A stretch of 64,000 nucleotides of DNA from Ilumatobacter sp. (GCF_046290335.1 NZ_JBKAGH010000009.1:65869-129868); one strand, 5' to 3'; counted from the first letter of the stretch, positions 8,709 through 18,838 are shown. Numbers and translations are program-made. Notes: generated by a model from the letters alone, not told the origin.

Positions 8709-10306
8709 GCGACCCCGGTGAGGTGATGCATCTCTCGGTCGAAGGTCGTCAGGTCGTCGATCGAGAACTCGCCGAGCGCCCGATGCCCGCAGGCCCGCGC
8801 CAGTACCTGCATCAGCTCGGTCGACGCACCGAAGAATCGCTCGAGTCGATCGGCCGCGTCGCGGACCGGTAGTCGGGCGCGCAGCACCGGGTTCTGCGTC
8901 GCGATCCCGACCGGACAGTTGTTGGAGTTGCACGCCCGCATACCGATGCAGCCGATCGACTGCATCGCTGCGTTCGACACGGCCACCGCATCCGCGCCGA
9001 GTGCGAGTGCCTTCGCGAAGTCCCACGGCGTTCGGAGCCCTCCGGTGATGACGAGCGTGACGTCGGTGCGGCCGAGCGCATCGAGGTGGCGCCGGGCTCG
9101 TGCGAGCGCCGGGATCGTCGGCACGCTGATGTTGTCGCGGAAGATGACGGGTGCGGCACCGGTCCCGCCACCGCGGCCGTCGAGGATCACGTAGTCGACG
9201 CCGATCTCGAGCGCGGCGTCGATGTCGGCCTCGATGTGTTGCGCGCTGAGCTTCGCCCCGATCGGGATGCCCCCGGTCGCCGCCCGCACCTCGTCGGCGA
9301 CCCGACGGAAGTCGTCGGCGGTGACGAGGTCGGGGAACGTCGCCGGGCTGACCGCGTCCTGACCGGGGTCGAGGCCGCGGACCTCAGCGATCTTGCCGAT
9401 CACCTTCGAGCCGGGCAGATGGCCTCCGGTGCCGGTCTTCGCGCCCTGCCCGAACTTGAAGTGGAACGCCTGCACGTCGGTGACCTTCGAGATGTCCCAG
9501 CCGAAACGACCCGATGCCAGTTCGTAGAAGTACCGATCGTTGGCCGCCTGCTCCTCGGGCAACATGCCGCCCTCGCCGCTACAGATCCCGGTGCCAGCCT
9601 GTTGCGCGCCCATCGCCAGCGCGACCTTCGCTTCTTCCGACAGCGCACCGAAACTCATGTCGGACACGAAGATCGGCAGGTCGAGTTCGAGCGGTCGGGC
9701 GGCGTTCGGACCGATCACGGTGGTCGTCGACACCGGCTCGTCGTCGAGCAGCGGACGCCGTGCGACCTGGGCCGTGACGAACTGGATGTCGTCCCATGTC
9801 GGGAGTCGGTCGCGCGGGACCCCCATCGACGCGACGGTCCCGTGGTGCCCGAGCACCGACAATCCTTCGGCGGCCAGGCGACGGATCAGCCCGACGTGTG
9901 GCTCCTCCGGAGCGCCGTGCACGTCCTGGTAGGCACCTTGGTAGGCGTCACGGTCGTACGGTTGGGGATGCTCGCGCTCCCACGCCGCGATCTCGTCGGC
10001 GTCGACCAGGAGACGGTCGTCCTCGACCCAACTGGTGAACTTCTCCAGTCGTTCGGAGTTGTCGTAGGCACTGATGCCGGACTCGATGCCGTAGTCCCAT
10101 CCGTGGAGACCGCAGATCAGGTTGTCGCCGTCGAGATGGCCATCCGCCATGAGCGCTCCGCGATGGAGGCACCGACCGGAGAGAACGGAATGTTCGGCGT
10201 GGTCGTCGCCGTAGCGGATCACGACCAGATCGACGTTGCCGACGAGAGCTGGTCGTGGTGCTCGGCTCGGAATCTCGCTCCATGTTGCGATCGCAAGGGG
10301 TTGCAT
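8687..10306 (-). CDS. Rieske [2Fe-2S] domain fused to an FMN-binding glutamate-synthase-like domain
   Basis: N-terminal RCLHRG...CGLHGW. Later SDMSFGALS, SGEGG, KFGQGAKTGTGGHLPG, DGRGGGTGAAP and [3Fe-4S] motif C-x5-C-x4-C (CIGMRACNSNNC). Confidence 0.88.
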   Translation of the reverse strand: MQPLAIATWSEIPSRAPRPALVGNVDLVVIRYGDDHAEHSVLSGRCLHRGALMADGHLDGDNLICGLHGWDYGIESGISAYDNSERLEKFTSWVEDDRLLVDADEIAAWEREHPQPYDRDAYQGAYQDVHGAPEEPHVGLIRRLAAEGLSVLGHHGTVASMGVPRDRLPTWDDIQFVTAQVARRPLLDDEPVSTTTVIGPNAARPLELDLPIFVSDMSFGALSEEAKVALAMGAQQAGTGICSGEGGMLPEEQAANDRYFYELASGRFGWDISKVTDVQAFHFKFGQGAKTGTGGHLPGSKVIGKIAEVRGLDPGQDAVSPATFPDLVTADDFRRVADEVRAATGGIPIGAKLSAQHIEADIDAALEIGVDYVILDGRGGGTGAAPVIFRDNISVPTIPALARARRHLDALGRTDVTLVITGGLRTPWDFAKALALGADAVAVSNAAMQSIGCIGMRACNSNNCPVGIATQNPVLRARLPVRDAADRLERFFGASTELMQVLARACGHRALGEFSIDDLTTFDREMHHLTGVAYGGVSV

Positions 10307-10362
10307 TCCCCCTGCCTAGTCGATCGGCGGAGCCGTTCTGGACCCTCGCGGTGAACGGGCCG

Positions 10363-10845
10363 TCAGTCGTCGAGTGGATCGGGGGTGCCGGCGCGTCCGC
10401 TCTGCACCCACGCGCCGGTCATCGGCTCCGCGATCTCTTCGATCTTCGACCAGTCGTGGCGCAGCGTGCGGTGTTCGATGCGCCACTGCCCGTCGCGCTC
10501 GGTCGCCCGGTCGATGTAGCGCCCTGCGAACGTGAGCAGCCGGTCACCACCGTCGCTCGTCTGCACGTGGGAGGCGAGCACGTAGGTCTCGACGCGGGCG
10601 CCACCGTCGGTCTCCTCGATCCGGGTATTGCTGATGCGATGCTGCGTGGCCGTGAACTTCGCTCCCAGCGAGGCCAACGCGTGCTCGACGAACGTCTCGA
10701 TCGACATCACCGTCGGCGCGTACCCCTCGAGCTGCGCGCCGGGGTGAAACGCTGCGCTGACGGCCCCCGCGTCGAGACGATCGATGCCCCGGCAATAGGA
10801 GAGCAGTGCGTCGTGGATCTGCTGGCGGCTGCTGACGTCGAACAT
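10363..10845 (-). CDS. SnoaL/NTF2-like family protein
   Basis: IHDALLSYCRGIDRLD, TQHRISN, GRYID, WRIEHR. Confidence 0.8.
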   Translation of the reverse strand: MFDVSSRQQIHDALLSYCRGIDRLDAGAVSAAFHPGAQLEGYAPTVMSIETFVEHALASLGAKFTATQHRISNTRIEETDGGARVETYVLASHVQTSDGGDRLLTFAGRYIDRATERDGQWRIEHRTLRHDWSKIEEIAEPMTGAWVQSGRAGTPDPLDD

Positions 10846-11002
10846 GAACGAGACCTCCTCGTGACGGCTGGGGCGCGCCCGACCGTAGGGGCAGGCAGCA
10901 GGCCGGCACGAAGCGGCCGCGCCGCCACGACGCCGAGATGTTCTCGGCCTCCGATCCTGGCGACCGCGAGCCGGTGAACCGGAGCCGAGATCAGCGCAGG
11001 GC

Positions 11003-11494
11003 TCAGTCGGGTCGGGTGTGCTGGGCGTAGTGCTCGAGCAGCCGTGGGCCGTCGAGGCTCGCGACGTAGCGCAGCGGGTCGAGCCCTGCTTCGATGACGA
11101 ACGTCGTGAGTTGCTGGGTGATCACCGCGACCAACTCCTCCGGATCCCACGGCTTGGCGAAGTACCAGTCGAGTCCGGCATGGTTGATCGCACGGATCGT
11201 GTCGTCGTGGCCCGCCTGCCCGGTGATGAGGATCGACCGCGTCGCCTGCAACGTCGGCTGGTCATGGATCCACACCAGCAGGTCGACCCCACTCTCACCC
11301 GGGAGTCGATGGTCGGCCAACACGAGCCCCACCCGATCACCGCCTGCGGCCGCTTCGTCCATCGCCGCCCGCGCATCGTCGGCGGTGTCGGCCTCGTCGA
11401 CTCGGACTGCGCCGGCGAGTGGCGCGAGGTCACGCACGATCGCTGCTCGCACTTCGGGCTCGTCCTCCACCACCACGATCACCAGTTCACCCAT
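11003..11494 (-). CDS. Stand-alone response regulator (receiver domain with short C-terminal tail)
   Basis: VVVEDE, LADHRLPG, LITGQA, FAKPW. RBS caggag precedes ATG 11494. No DNA-binding domain. Confidence 0.88.
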   Translation of the reverse strand: MGELVIVVVEDEPEVRAAIVRDLAPLAGAVRVDEADTADDARAAMDEAAAGGDRVGLVLADHRLPGESGVDLLVWIHDQPTLQATRSILITGQAGHDDTIRAINHAGLDWYFAKPWDPEELVAVITQQLTTFVIEAGLDPLRYVASLDGPRLLEHYAQHTRPD

Positions 11495-13454
11495 TGTCTG
11501 CTCCTGTCGGTAGTTGGACCACGAAACGTGTCTGGCCATCCGCGCTGTCGACGGTGATCGACCCGCCGTGGTCGCCGACGATCTGTCGGCTGATCGACAG
11601 ACCGAGGCCGAGTCCGAACTGCACGCGTCCCCCCTTGGTCGTGAAGCGCGGTGCGAAGATCCGTTCTCGGAGCTCGGCGGGCACGCCCGGGCCGTTGTCG
11701 ATGATCCGCACGACGACGGATCGCGCCACGCCAGGCTCGCCGGCGGCTCCCCCTTCGCCCGCCTCGACCTCGACCGTGATCTGAGCATCGGCGTGCCCGT
11801 CGAGCGCGTCGAGCGCATTGGCGGCGAGGTTGGTCCAGACCTGCTGGAGTTCGCCGGGCCGAGCGACGATGAGCGGCGTCGGCGAGTAGCGGCGAACCAA
11901 CTCGACGTTGCCCATCCGATGGGTCAGCAATCGGATGGCATCGTCGATGCTGGCAGCGACATCGACGTCGTCGACGATCGGACCGCGACCGTCAACACCT
12001 CGCGAATACGAGCGAAGGCTCTCGACCAGCGTCTGGATCCGACCAGCTGCGGACTGGACCGTCTGCAGCGATCGTCCCAGACGCGCCCCGGCGATCAGCC
12101 GTTCCAACGACTCGGGCCCCTCCGACGCCGCCACCGTCGCCGTCGCCTCGGCAACCGAGCGAACGCCCAGCTCGACGAGCTGGTCGGCGAGGACCCGGTC
12201 ACCGATGGCATCGGTGAGCAGCCGGCGCAGCTCGCGACGCTGCGTCGTCGTGAGCTCCGGCGCGGCGAGGTGTCGCTCGATGCGCTCGCGGACCTCGACG
12301 TCGGTGACCACCGCCGAGATGTCGTCGGCGACATGTTCGACCGCTCTCGCCAACGCTGACGTCGGGTTGTTCAACTCGTGTGCCATTCCCGCAGCGATCT
12401 CACCGAGCGCCGCGAACCGCGCCGATGCAACGAGTTGGGCACGCGCCTGCGACAGTGCCGCCAGGCTCTCGTCGAGCTCCATCTGGAGTTCGTCGGAGCG
12501 ACGAAGACGGCGAGCCAACGACCCGACGAGGACCCGAGTGAGCAAGCTCGCCAACTCGGGTTCGTCATCCAATGCTTCCGCAAGTTGGTCGAGCGTGATG
12601 GGTATGGCCCTGACCTCGGTGATCGCCCGACACGTGAGCATCGCTCGACGGCGGCTGGCCAGCGACAGCAACCCGATGATCGCGCCGGTCGACTTCTCGT
12701 GGAGGATCTGCTCGCCGGTGTCGGTGCGTGTGCTGAGGCGGACGATGCCGTCGAGGAGAACGTAGATGCCGCCGACGTCGTCGCCGGCTTCGATCATCAC
12801 CGAACCGGGCGCCACCCGAATGCGTGGCGGATGCCCGAGGCTTCGATCGAGGAGTTCGACCATCCGACGTTCGATCTCGGCGTCGTCGATGGAGTGGTCG
12901 AGGAGAAGCGGCGTGGAGGACGGACGGCGCCTCACCGCCGCTCGCTGCAACGCCACCTTCGAGCGGGCGGCGCTGCGCACGTCCGCGTCGAGGAGTGCGT
13001 CGAACGCTCCGAGCCGGTCGGGTGCGTGCTCGATCAGGAACGCGGCGAGGTTGGCGGCCAACTGTGCCCGCAGACCCGAGGTCGTCCAGGGGCGGGTCAG
13101 CATCCCGTGAATCGCTCCGCGCTGCAGCGCGCGGTCGACCCCGTGCAGCGACGCCTTCGAGCTGACGACCACGTTGCGTGTCCGGTCGAGGCCGCGAGCT
13201 TCGTGCACCTCGACGACCGTGGCACTCGGGTCGACACCGGCGTCGACGTCGACGAACGCCACGGCGACCAGCCCGCCGCTGCGCTCGATCGCGCCCGCTC
13301 GCTCCTCTGCGCTCGACACGTCGGCGACGACCTCGACGACGGCGGACCCGGCCAACAGCCGATCGAGGTCCGCGGCAAGGATCTCTCCGTCCGCGCCGTC
13401 ATCGTCGACCACCAGGATCATGATGGGCCCGAACGCGAGCGGCGCGAGGCTCAC
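11487..13454 (-). CDS. Cytoplasmic sensor histidine kinase: receiver-like, cNMP-like, HisKA and HATPase domains
   Basis: GTG start overlaps the SLC13 stop. ILVVDDD...TRPW; cNMP-like region MIEAGDDVGGIYVLLDG; AHELNNP; N box VWTNLAANA; DNGPG; FTTK; GLGL. Confidence 0.88.
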   Translation of the reverse strand: MSLAPLAFGPIMILVVDDDGADGEILAADLDRLLAGSAVVEVVADVSSAEERAGAIERSGGLVAVAFVDVDAGVDPSATVVEVHEARGLDRTRNVVVSSKASLHGVDRALQRGAIHGMLTRPWTTSGLRAQLAANLAAFLIEHAPDRLGAFDALLDADVRSAARSKVALQRAAVRRRPSSTPLLLDHSIDDAEIERRMVELLDRSLGHPPRIRVAPGSVMIEAGDDVGGIYVLLDGIVRLSTRTDTGEQILHEKSTGAIIGLLSLASRRRAMLTCRAITEVRAIPITLDQLAEALDDEPELASLLTRVLVGSLARRLRRSDELQMELDESLAALSQARAQLVASARFAALGEIAAGMAHELNNPTSALARAVEHVADDISAVVTDVEVRERIERHLAAPELTTTQRRELRRLLTDAIGDRVLADQLVELGVRSVAEATATVAASEGPESLERLIAGARLGRSLQTVQSAAGRIQTLVESLRSYSRGVDGRGPIVDDVDVAASIDDAIRLLTHRMGNVELVRRYSPTPLIVARPGELQQVWTNLAANALDALDGHADAQITVEVEAGEGGAAGEPGVARSVVVRIIDNGPGVPAELRERIFAPRFTTKGGRVQFGLGLGLSISRQIVGDHGGSITVDSADGQTRFVVQLPTGADNG

Positions 13455-14911
13455 AGCAACCCCACCGTCTCCCAGACCGTCGGCATCACGAACACGATGA
13501 GTGCGAGGCCGAGCGCTCCGACGGTGAGACCGACGACGGCGAGGTCCTTCGCCTCGATCGCCCCGGACGCGTAGGCGACGGCGTTCGGCGGGGTGCTGAC
13601 CGGCAAGGCCATCGCCAGCGAGCACGCGACCGCGATCAGGAGACCAGCGAGCAGCGGGTCGAGATCGACCGCGTCGGAGAACGCCAGGCTGATCCCCACC
13701 GGCACGAGCAGGTTGGCCGTCGCCGAGTTCGAGATGACCGTACTGAACACCAGTGCGAGGCCGGCCATGGCGAACATCAACAGCAACGTCGGCATCGAAC
13801 CCCAGTCGAGTCGGTCGACGAACCAGACGTCGAGTCCCGTGCTCGACACGCCGTTGCCGAGTGCGATGCCACCGCCCACGAGCCACAGGATGTGCCAGTT
13901 CAGGCGACGGAGATCGTCGACGGTGAACACGTTGGTGGCGAGCAGCACGACCACCGGAGCGAAGCCGACGATCGCCGAGGGCACGCCGTGGATCGGCTCG
14001 GTCATCCAGCCGAGCACCGTCAGTCCGAACGCCACGTAGAGGATCCGGGCGGGGAGGGTTCGGTCGAACGCTCCACCGAGACGGATGGTCACCGCCGGTG
14101 CCGACGACGGATACCGGCGTACGAGCAACCGCCACGCGACCACCAACAGCAGCACGGCCACCGGCACACCGAATGCCATCCATCGAACGAAGTCGACCTC
14201 GATGCCCTGGTCGTCGAGGCGGCCGAGCGCGATCGCATTGGGCGGCGAGCCCACCGGTGTACCCAGCCCACCGATGTTCGCCGCGACCGGAACGGACAAG
14301 ACGAGCGCGATGCGGAACCGATCGGCGTGGTCCAGGCTCGCTGCCACCGGCAACACCACGGCCATCATCGCCGCGGTGGTCGCCGTGTTCGAGACGAACA
14401 TCGAGAGCAGCGCGGTGATCAACATCAAACCGCCGAGGAGGGCGGCAGGCTTCGTTCCGAACGGGCGCAGCATCAGGCCCGCGAGGTTCCGATCGAGGCC
14501 GTACTTGGCCGCCGCATCGGCGAGGACGAACCCGCCGAGGAACAACATCAGCACCGGGCTCGCCAAGGTCGCGTAGATGCTCTCGTAGGTCGGCGCGTCG
14601 AAATCGGCAGGCAACGAGAGCAACGCCTCGTCGGAGATCATCAACACCTGAGCGAAGATCACGAAGATCGAGGTGGCCGACAGGGGAATCGCCTCGGAGA
14701 TCCAGAGCGCCACCGCCGCGCCGAAGATGGCGAGCATCCGGCTCGCCGGCGTGGTCAAGTCGCCGGCGTCACCGATCGCCAAGACGACCGCGAACCAAGT
14801 GACGGCTGCGGCCACGCCGATCGTCGAGCGCTGTCGCCACCAGCCTGATCTTGGGCCCGGGCTCGATCCTGGTCTCGCCCCCTCGCGAGCAGAGGGGGAC
14901 GCTGTTGCCAT
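13451..14911 (-). CDS. SLC13/DASS family anion:Na+ symporter
   Basis: LSMFVSNTATTA, GGLGTPVGSPPNAIA, ISNSATA, LPVSTPPNAVAY. Confidence 0.9.
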   Translation of the reverse strand: MATASPSAREGARPGSSPGPRSGWWRQRSTIGVAAAVTWFAVVLAIGDAGDLTTPASRMLAIFGAAVALWISEAIPLSATSIFVIFAQVLMISDEALLSLPADFDAPTYESIYATLASPVLMLFLGGFVLADAAAKYGLDRNLAGLMLRPFGTKPAALLGGLMLITALLSMFVSNTATTAAMMAVVLPVAASLDHADRFRIALVLSVPVAANIGGLGTPVGSPPNAIALGRLDDQGIEVDFVRWMAFGVPVAVLLLVVAWRLLVRRYPSSAPAVTIRLGGAFDRTLPARILYVAFGLTVLGWMTEPIHGVPSAIVGFAPVVVLLATNVFTVDDLRRLNWHILWLVGGGIALGNGVSSTGLDVWFVDRLDWGSMPTLLLMFAMAGLALVFSTVISNSATANLLVPVGISLAFSDAVDLDPLLAGLLIAVACSLAMALPVSTPPNAVAYASGAIEAKDLAVVGLTVGALGLALIVFVMPTVWETVGLL

Positions 14912-14999
14912 GGGTTCGACGCTAGTCCTGGCGGTCGTTGCCCCGCCCGGGTCATCGGACCCTGATCACCCGACGCGGAAGTTGGGTACTGTGGTGGAG

Positions 15000-16115
15000 G
15001 TGACGCAGCCCATCCGACGCATCGCGTTGTCGACCGGTGGCGGCGATGCCCCCGGCCTCAACGCTGTCATCCGAGCCGCCACGATGGCCGCGATCAATCG
15101 CGGTTGGGAGGTGATCGGCATCCGCGATGGGTTCAACGGACTCTTGCACCCTGAGCAGTATCCGAACGGCGGGCTCCTCCGTCTCGACCGCGAGTCCGTG
15201 CGCGGGATCGTCCACACCGGCGGCACGATCCTCGGTACCACCAACCGGGGCAGCCCGATCGCGTACCCGGTCGAGCAGCCCGACGGCAGCTGGGTCGAGG
15301 TCGATCGCAGCCTCGAACTCATCGAGTTGTTCGACGCGAACGGCATCGACGCGCTGATCACGATCGGTGGTGACGGCTCCCTCGCCATCGCCAACCACCT
15401 GCATCAGGCCGGTCTTCGCGTGGTCGGTGTGCCGAAGACGATCGACAACGACCTGGAGCGGACCGCGTCGACCTTCGGATTCGACACCGCGGTCGGGTTC
15501 GCGTCAGAGTGCATCGACCGGCTGTTCTCGACGGCGACCTCGCACGGTCGGGTGATCGTCGTCGAGGTGATGGGCCGCTACGCCGGCTGGATCGCGTTGC
15601 ATGCCGGGCTCTCCGCCGGCGCCCACGCGATCCTGATCCCGGAGATCCCGTACTCGATCGAGGCCGTGGCCGACGTGGTTCGCCGCCGCGACGAGCGGGG
15701 CGCTCGGTTCTCGATCGTCGTGGTCGCCGAAGGCGCGGTACCGGCCGATGGTGACGTGTCGGTCATCGGCAAGTCGGTCGGCCAAGCGGAACGGCTGGGC
15801 GGAGTCGGCGCAAAGGTGACCGCGGAGCTCGAAGCCTTGACCGGCAAGGAGTCGCGCCTCGTCGTGCTCGGTCACCTCCTCCGTGGCGGTTCGCCGAGCG
15901 CGTTCGACCGGATCCTCGGTCAGCGATTCGGCGCTGCCGCCGTACGCGCCCTCGACGAGGGCGAGAACGGCATCATGATCGCGCTCAACGAGCCGTCGAT
16001 GGACTACGTACCGTTGCGGGAGATCGCCAAGCGGCAGCGGCACGTGCCACTGAACTGCGACACGATCCTGACCGCCCGCGAGATCGGCGTGTCGTTCGGC
16101 GACCCTGTGGCCTGA
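15000..16115 (+). CDS. pfkA: 6-phosphofructokinase, probably ATP-dependent
   Basis: GTG after a ggagg RBS. TGGGDAPGLN, GGTILGTTN, IGGDGS, PKTIDND, EVMGRYAG, LGHLLRGG. Confidence 0.92.
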   Translation: MTQPIRRIALSTGGGDAPGLNAVIRAATMAAINRGWEVIGIRDGFNGLLHPEQYPNGGLLRLDRESVRGIVHTGGTILGTTNRGSPIAYPVEQPDGSWVEVDRSLELIELFDANGIDALITIGGDGSLAIANHLHQAGLRVVGVPKTIDNDLERTASTFGFDTAVGFASECIDRLFSTATSHGRVIVVEVMGRYAGWIALHAGLSAGAHAILIPEIPYSIEAVADVVRRRDERGARFSIVVVAEGAVPADGDVSVIGKSVGQAERLGGVGAKVTAELEALTGKESRLVVLGHLLRGGSPSAFDRILGQRFGAAAVRALDEGENGIMIALNEPSMDYVPLREIAKRQRHVPLNCDTILTAREIGVSFGDPVA

Positions 16116-16116
16116 T

Positions 16117-16168
16117 CCGCGACCTGTCACCGCGACCCGTTACCACGACCTGTTGCCACGACCTGTTG
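16117..16168. repeat. Four 13-bp tandem units between convergent genes
   Basis: ccgcgacctgtca / ccgcgacccgtta / ccacgacctgttg / ccacgacctgttg. Confidence 0.85.
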
Positions 16169-16200
16169 CCACGGGATCGAGGCGCGGTCCGCCGCCCTGA

Positions 16201-17139
16201 TCAGGTGCCGGCGAGCGCCGCGACCACCGGCGCGAACGATGCAAGCGCGTCGGACTGCACCGTCACGTACGAGCCCTGCCAGCGTTCGCGCTGCTCGGCG
16301 AGTTCGTCGGCGATCTGTTCGGCGGAGCCGACCAGCGTGTGCGGGCTGGCCAGCAGCGTCTCGGGCGCCATCCCCATCCCAGCAGCGACCTTCGCGGCGA
16401 CGGCGTCACGGTCGTCGGTCACGATCGTGACGAACTTCAAGATGCTGATCTCGAGGTCGTCGAAGCGGTCGCCGGCGGCGGCGCGTACCCAGCCCAACTT
16501 CTCCTCGGTCGCCTCGGCCGACATCGAGGCAACCGCCTCCGGGCCGACCTTGCCCTCGCCGACGTTCGGGTTCACCCCGACGATGTCCGCGAGGCGGGCC
16601 GCGGTCGACAGCACCCGCTTGCCGCCGCCGCCGACGATGATCGGTGGACCGCCCGCCTGCACCGGCTTGGGCAGGCCGTTCATCTCGCTGATGGTGTAGT
16701 GCTCGCCGTCGAACGAGAACGCGTCATCACCCCACAGCCCCCGCAGCACCTCGATCGACTCGATCATCCGGTCGATGCGCACACCGGCTCGGTCGTGGGC
16801 GACGCCGGTCCAGGCGTAGTCCTCGGTCATCCAGCCGGCACCGACGCCGACCTCGAGACGACCGTCGCTCAACAGATCGAGCGTCGCTGTCTCCTTGGCG
16901 AGCACCGCCGGATGCCGGAAGTCGTTGGCGAAGACGAGCGTGCCGACGCGTAGCGACGTGGTGGCAGCTGCTGCCATCGACAGTGCTGGGACGGGCGCGA
17001 GTTGATCGCCGAAGTGGTCGGGCATCAGCAGCGCCGAGTAGCCGAGGTCCTCGGCTTGCTTGGCGGTGTCGATCCACTCGGACGAGGAGCGGGCGCGGGC
17101 GGCCATCACTCCGAAACGGAACGGTCGTGGGTGCGTCAT
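16201..17139 (-). CDS. LLM-class, probably F420-dependent, oxidoreductase
   Basis: FRFGV, MPDHF, FRHPAVLAKETATLDLLSDGRLEVGVGAGW, PIIVGGGG. Confidence 0.88.
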   Translation of the reverse strand: MTHPRPFRFGVMAARARSSSEWIDTAKQAEDLGYSALLMPDHFGDQLAPVPALSMAAAATTSLRVGTLVFANDFRHPAVLAKETATLDLLSDGRLEVGVGAGWMTEDYAWTGVAHDRAGVRIDRMIESIEVLRGLWGDDAFSFDGEHYTISEMNGLPKPVQAGGPPIIVGGGGKRVLSTAARLADIVGVNPNVGEGKVGPEAVASMSAEATEEKLGWVRAAAGDRFDDLEISILKFVTIVTDDRDAVAAKVAAGMGMAPETLLASPHTLVGSAEQIADELAEQRERWQGSYVTVQSDALASFAPVVAALAGT

Positions 17140-17167
17140 GCGGCGAGCCTGGCACACCGACCGCCGG

Positions 17168-18838
17168 TCATTCGAGTGGGCGCGACGTGTCGACCCAGAC
17201 GCTCACGTCGACCGGCACGACACCGCCCTCGCCGAGCGGTGCCGAGGACAACAACACGAGTCCCTTCGGACACGGCACCTCGTCCGGCCCGAAGTTGGTG
17301 ACGCACACCACGCTCCCCCGCTCGAACTCGATCACCCCTCCACCACCTGGGGTCAGGCCCCAGGTGGTGTCGATTGCCGCAAGAGCCAGCCGTTCGCGGC
17401 GGATCGCGAGCGCCGCGCGATAGAGCTCGAGCGTCGAGCCGGCCACGCCGGACTGAGCGCCGACCGACATCGCACCGAACCACGCCGGCTGCGGCAGCCA
17501 CGGCGCAGCGTCACCGAATCCGAACGACGGTCCGTCCGGCCTCCACGGGATCGGCACACGGCAGCCGTCGCGGCCGCGCAACGTGTGACCCGAACGTTCC
17601 CAGATCGGGTCGTCCAGCACCTCGTCGGGCAGATCCGTCACCTCGGGGAGACCGAGTTCTTCGCCCTGGTACAGGTACACCGAACCCGGCAGCGCCAGCA
17701 TCAACAACGCCGCAGCGCGAGCGCGACGCAGCCCGGCGTCGGCATCGAGTTCCGCCGACGAGTCGCCGATCGCCAAGCCGACCTCAGCCTCGGTGTTCGA
17801 CTGTGCGAACCGGGTGGCATGGCGCACGACGTCGTGATTCGACAACACCCAGGTCGGCAGCGAACCGGTCTCGCGGTACACCTCGATCGCCCGCTCGATG
17901 ACCTCTCGACGCTCCGGCGCAGCCCACGGGGCCAGCAGGAAGTCGAAGTTGAACGACTGGTGGTACTGGTCGGGTTCCAGGTACATCGACAGCCGCTCGG
18001 GGCTCACCCAGGCTTCGGCGACCAGCACCTTGTCGTCGTCGTAGGAATCCGCGACGGCGCGCCACTCGCGGATGATGTCGTGGACGTCGTCGCGGTCCCA
18101 GTACGGATGGCTGCCGTCTTCGGTGAGCGCGAACGGAGGCACATCAGGGTCGACGTCGGGGAACGCAGAGTCCTTCGTGAGCGCGTGGGCGACGTCGACG
18201 CGGAACCCGTCGATGCCGCGATCGAACCAGAACCGGAAGATGTCGAGGAACTCCGAACGCACCTCCGGATGCGACCAGTCGAGGTCGGGTTGGCTGACGT
18301 CGAACAGATGGAGGTACCACTCACCGCCGTCGCTTCGTTCCCACGCCGATCCACCGAAGACCGCTCGCCAGTTCGTCGGTGGCTCCGCGCCATCGGCACC
18401 ACGACCGGGTCGGAACACGTAACGCGAGCGAGCCGGATCGCCGGGTGCCGCCGCCAACGCCTCCACGAACCACTCGTGCTCGATCGACGTGTGGTTCGGC
18501 ACGAGGTCGGCGACGACCCGCAACCCGAGCGCGTGTGCCTCCGCGATCAGCGCGTCGGCGTCGGCGAGCGATCCGTAGCGGGGGTCGATCGACCGATAAT
18601 CGGCGACGTCGTACCCGCCGTCGTGAAGCGGCGAGCGATACCACGGGTTGATCCAGATGGCATCGACACCGAGATCGCGAAGGTAGGGCAGACGCGAACG
18701 GAGTCCCGCCAGGTCACCCGTGCCGTCGCCGTCGCCGTCGGCGAACGATCGGATGTACACCTGATAGGTGACGGCCGAGCGCCACCACGCCGCCCTCGCG
18801 TCCACCGTGTCCGTCTCGCTCCGCTGCTGCATCGTCAT
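17168..18838 (-). CDS. GH13 alpha-glucosidase / alpha-amylase family hydrolase
   Basis: WWRSAVTYQVYIRSFAD, DLVPNHTS, GFRVDVAH, VAEAW, LSNHD, YQGEELGL, GRDGCRVPIPW. Confidence 0.92.
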   Translation of the reverse strand: MTMQQRSETDTVDARAAWWRSAVTYQVYIRSFADGDGDGTGDLAGLRSRLPYLRDLGVDAIWINPWYRSPLHDGGYDVADYRSIDPRYGSLADADALIAEAHALGLRVVADLVPNHTSIEHEWFVEALAAAPGDPARSRYVFRPGRGADGAEPPTNWRAVFGGSAWERSDGGEWYLHLFDVSQPDLDWSHPEVRSEFLDIFRFWFDRGIDGFRVDVAHALTKDSAFPDVDPDVPPFALTEDGSHPYWDRDDVHDIIREWRAVADSYDDDKVLVAEAWVSPERLSMYLEPDQYHQSFNFDFLLAPWAAPERREVIERAIEVYRETGSLPTWVLSNHDVVRHATRFAQSNTEAEVGLAIGDSSAELDADAGLRRARAAALLMLALPGSVYLYQGEELGLPEVTDLPDEVLDDPIWERSGHTLRGRDGCRVPIPWRPDGPSFGFGDAAPWLPQPAWFGAMSVGAQSGVAGSTLELYRAALAIRRERLALAAIDTTWGLTPGGGGVIEFERGSVVCVTNFGPDEVPCPKGLVLLSSAPLGEGGVVPVDVSVWVDTSRPLE

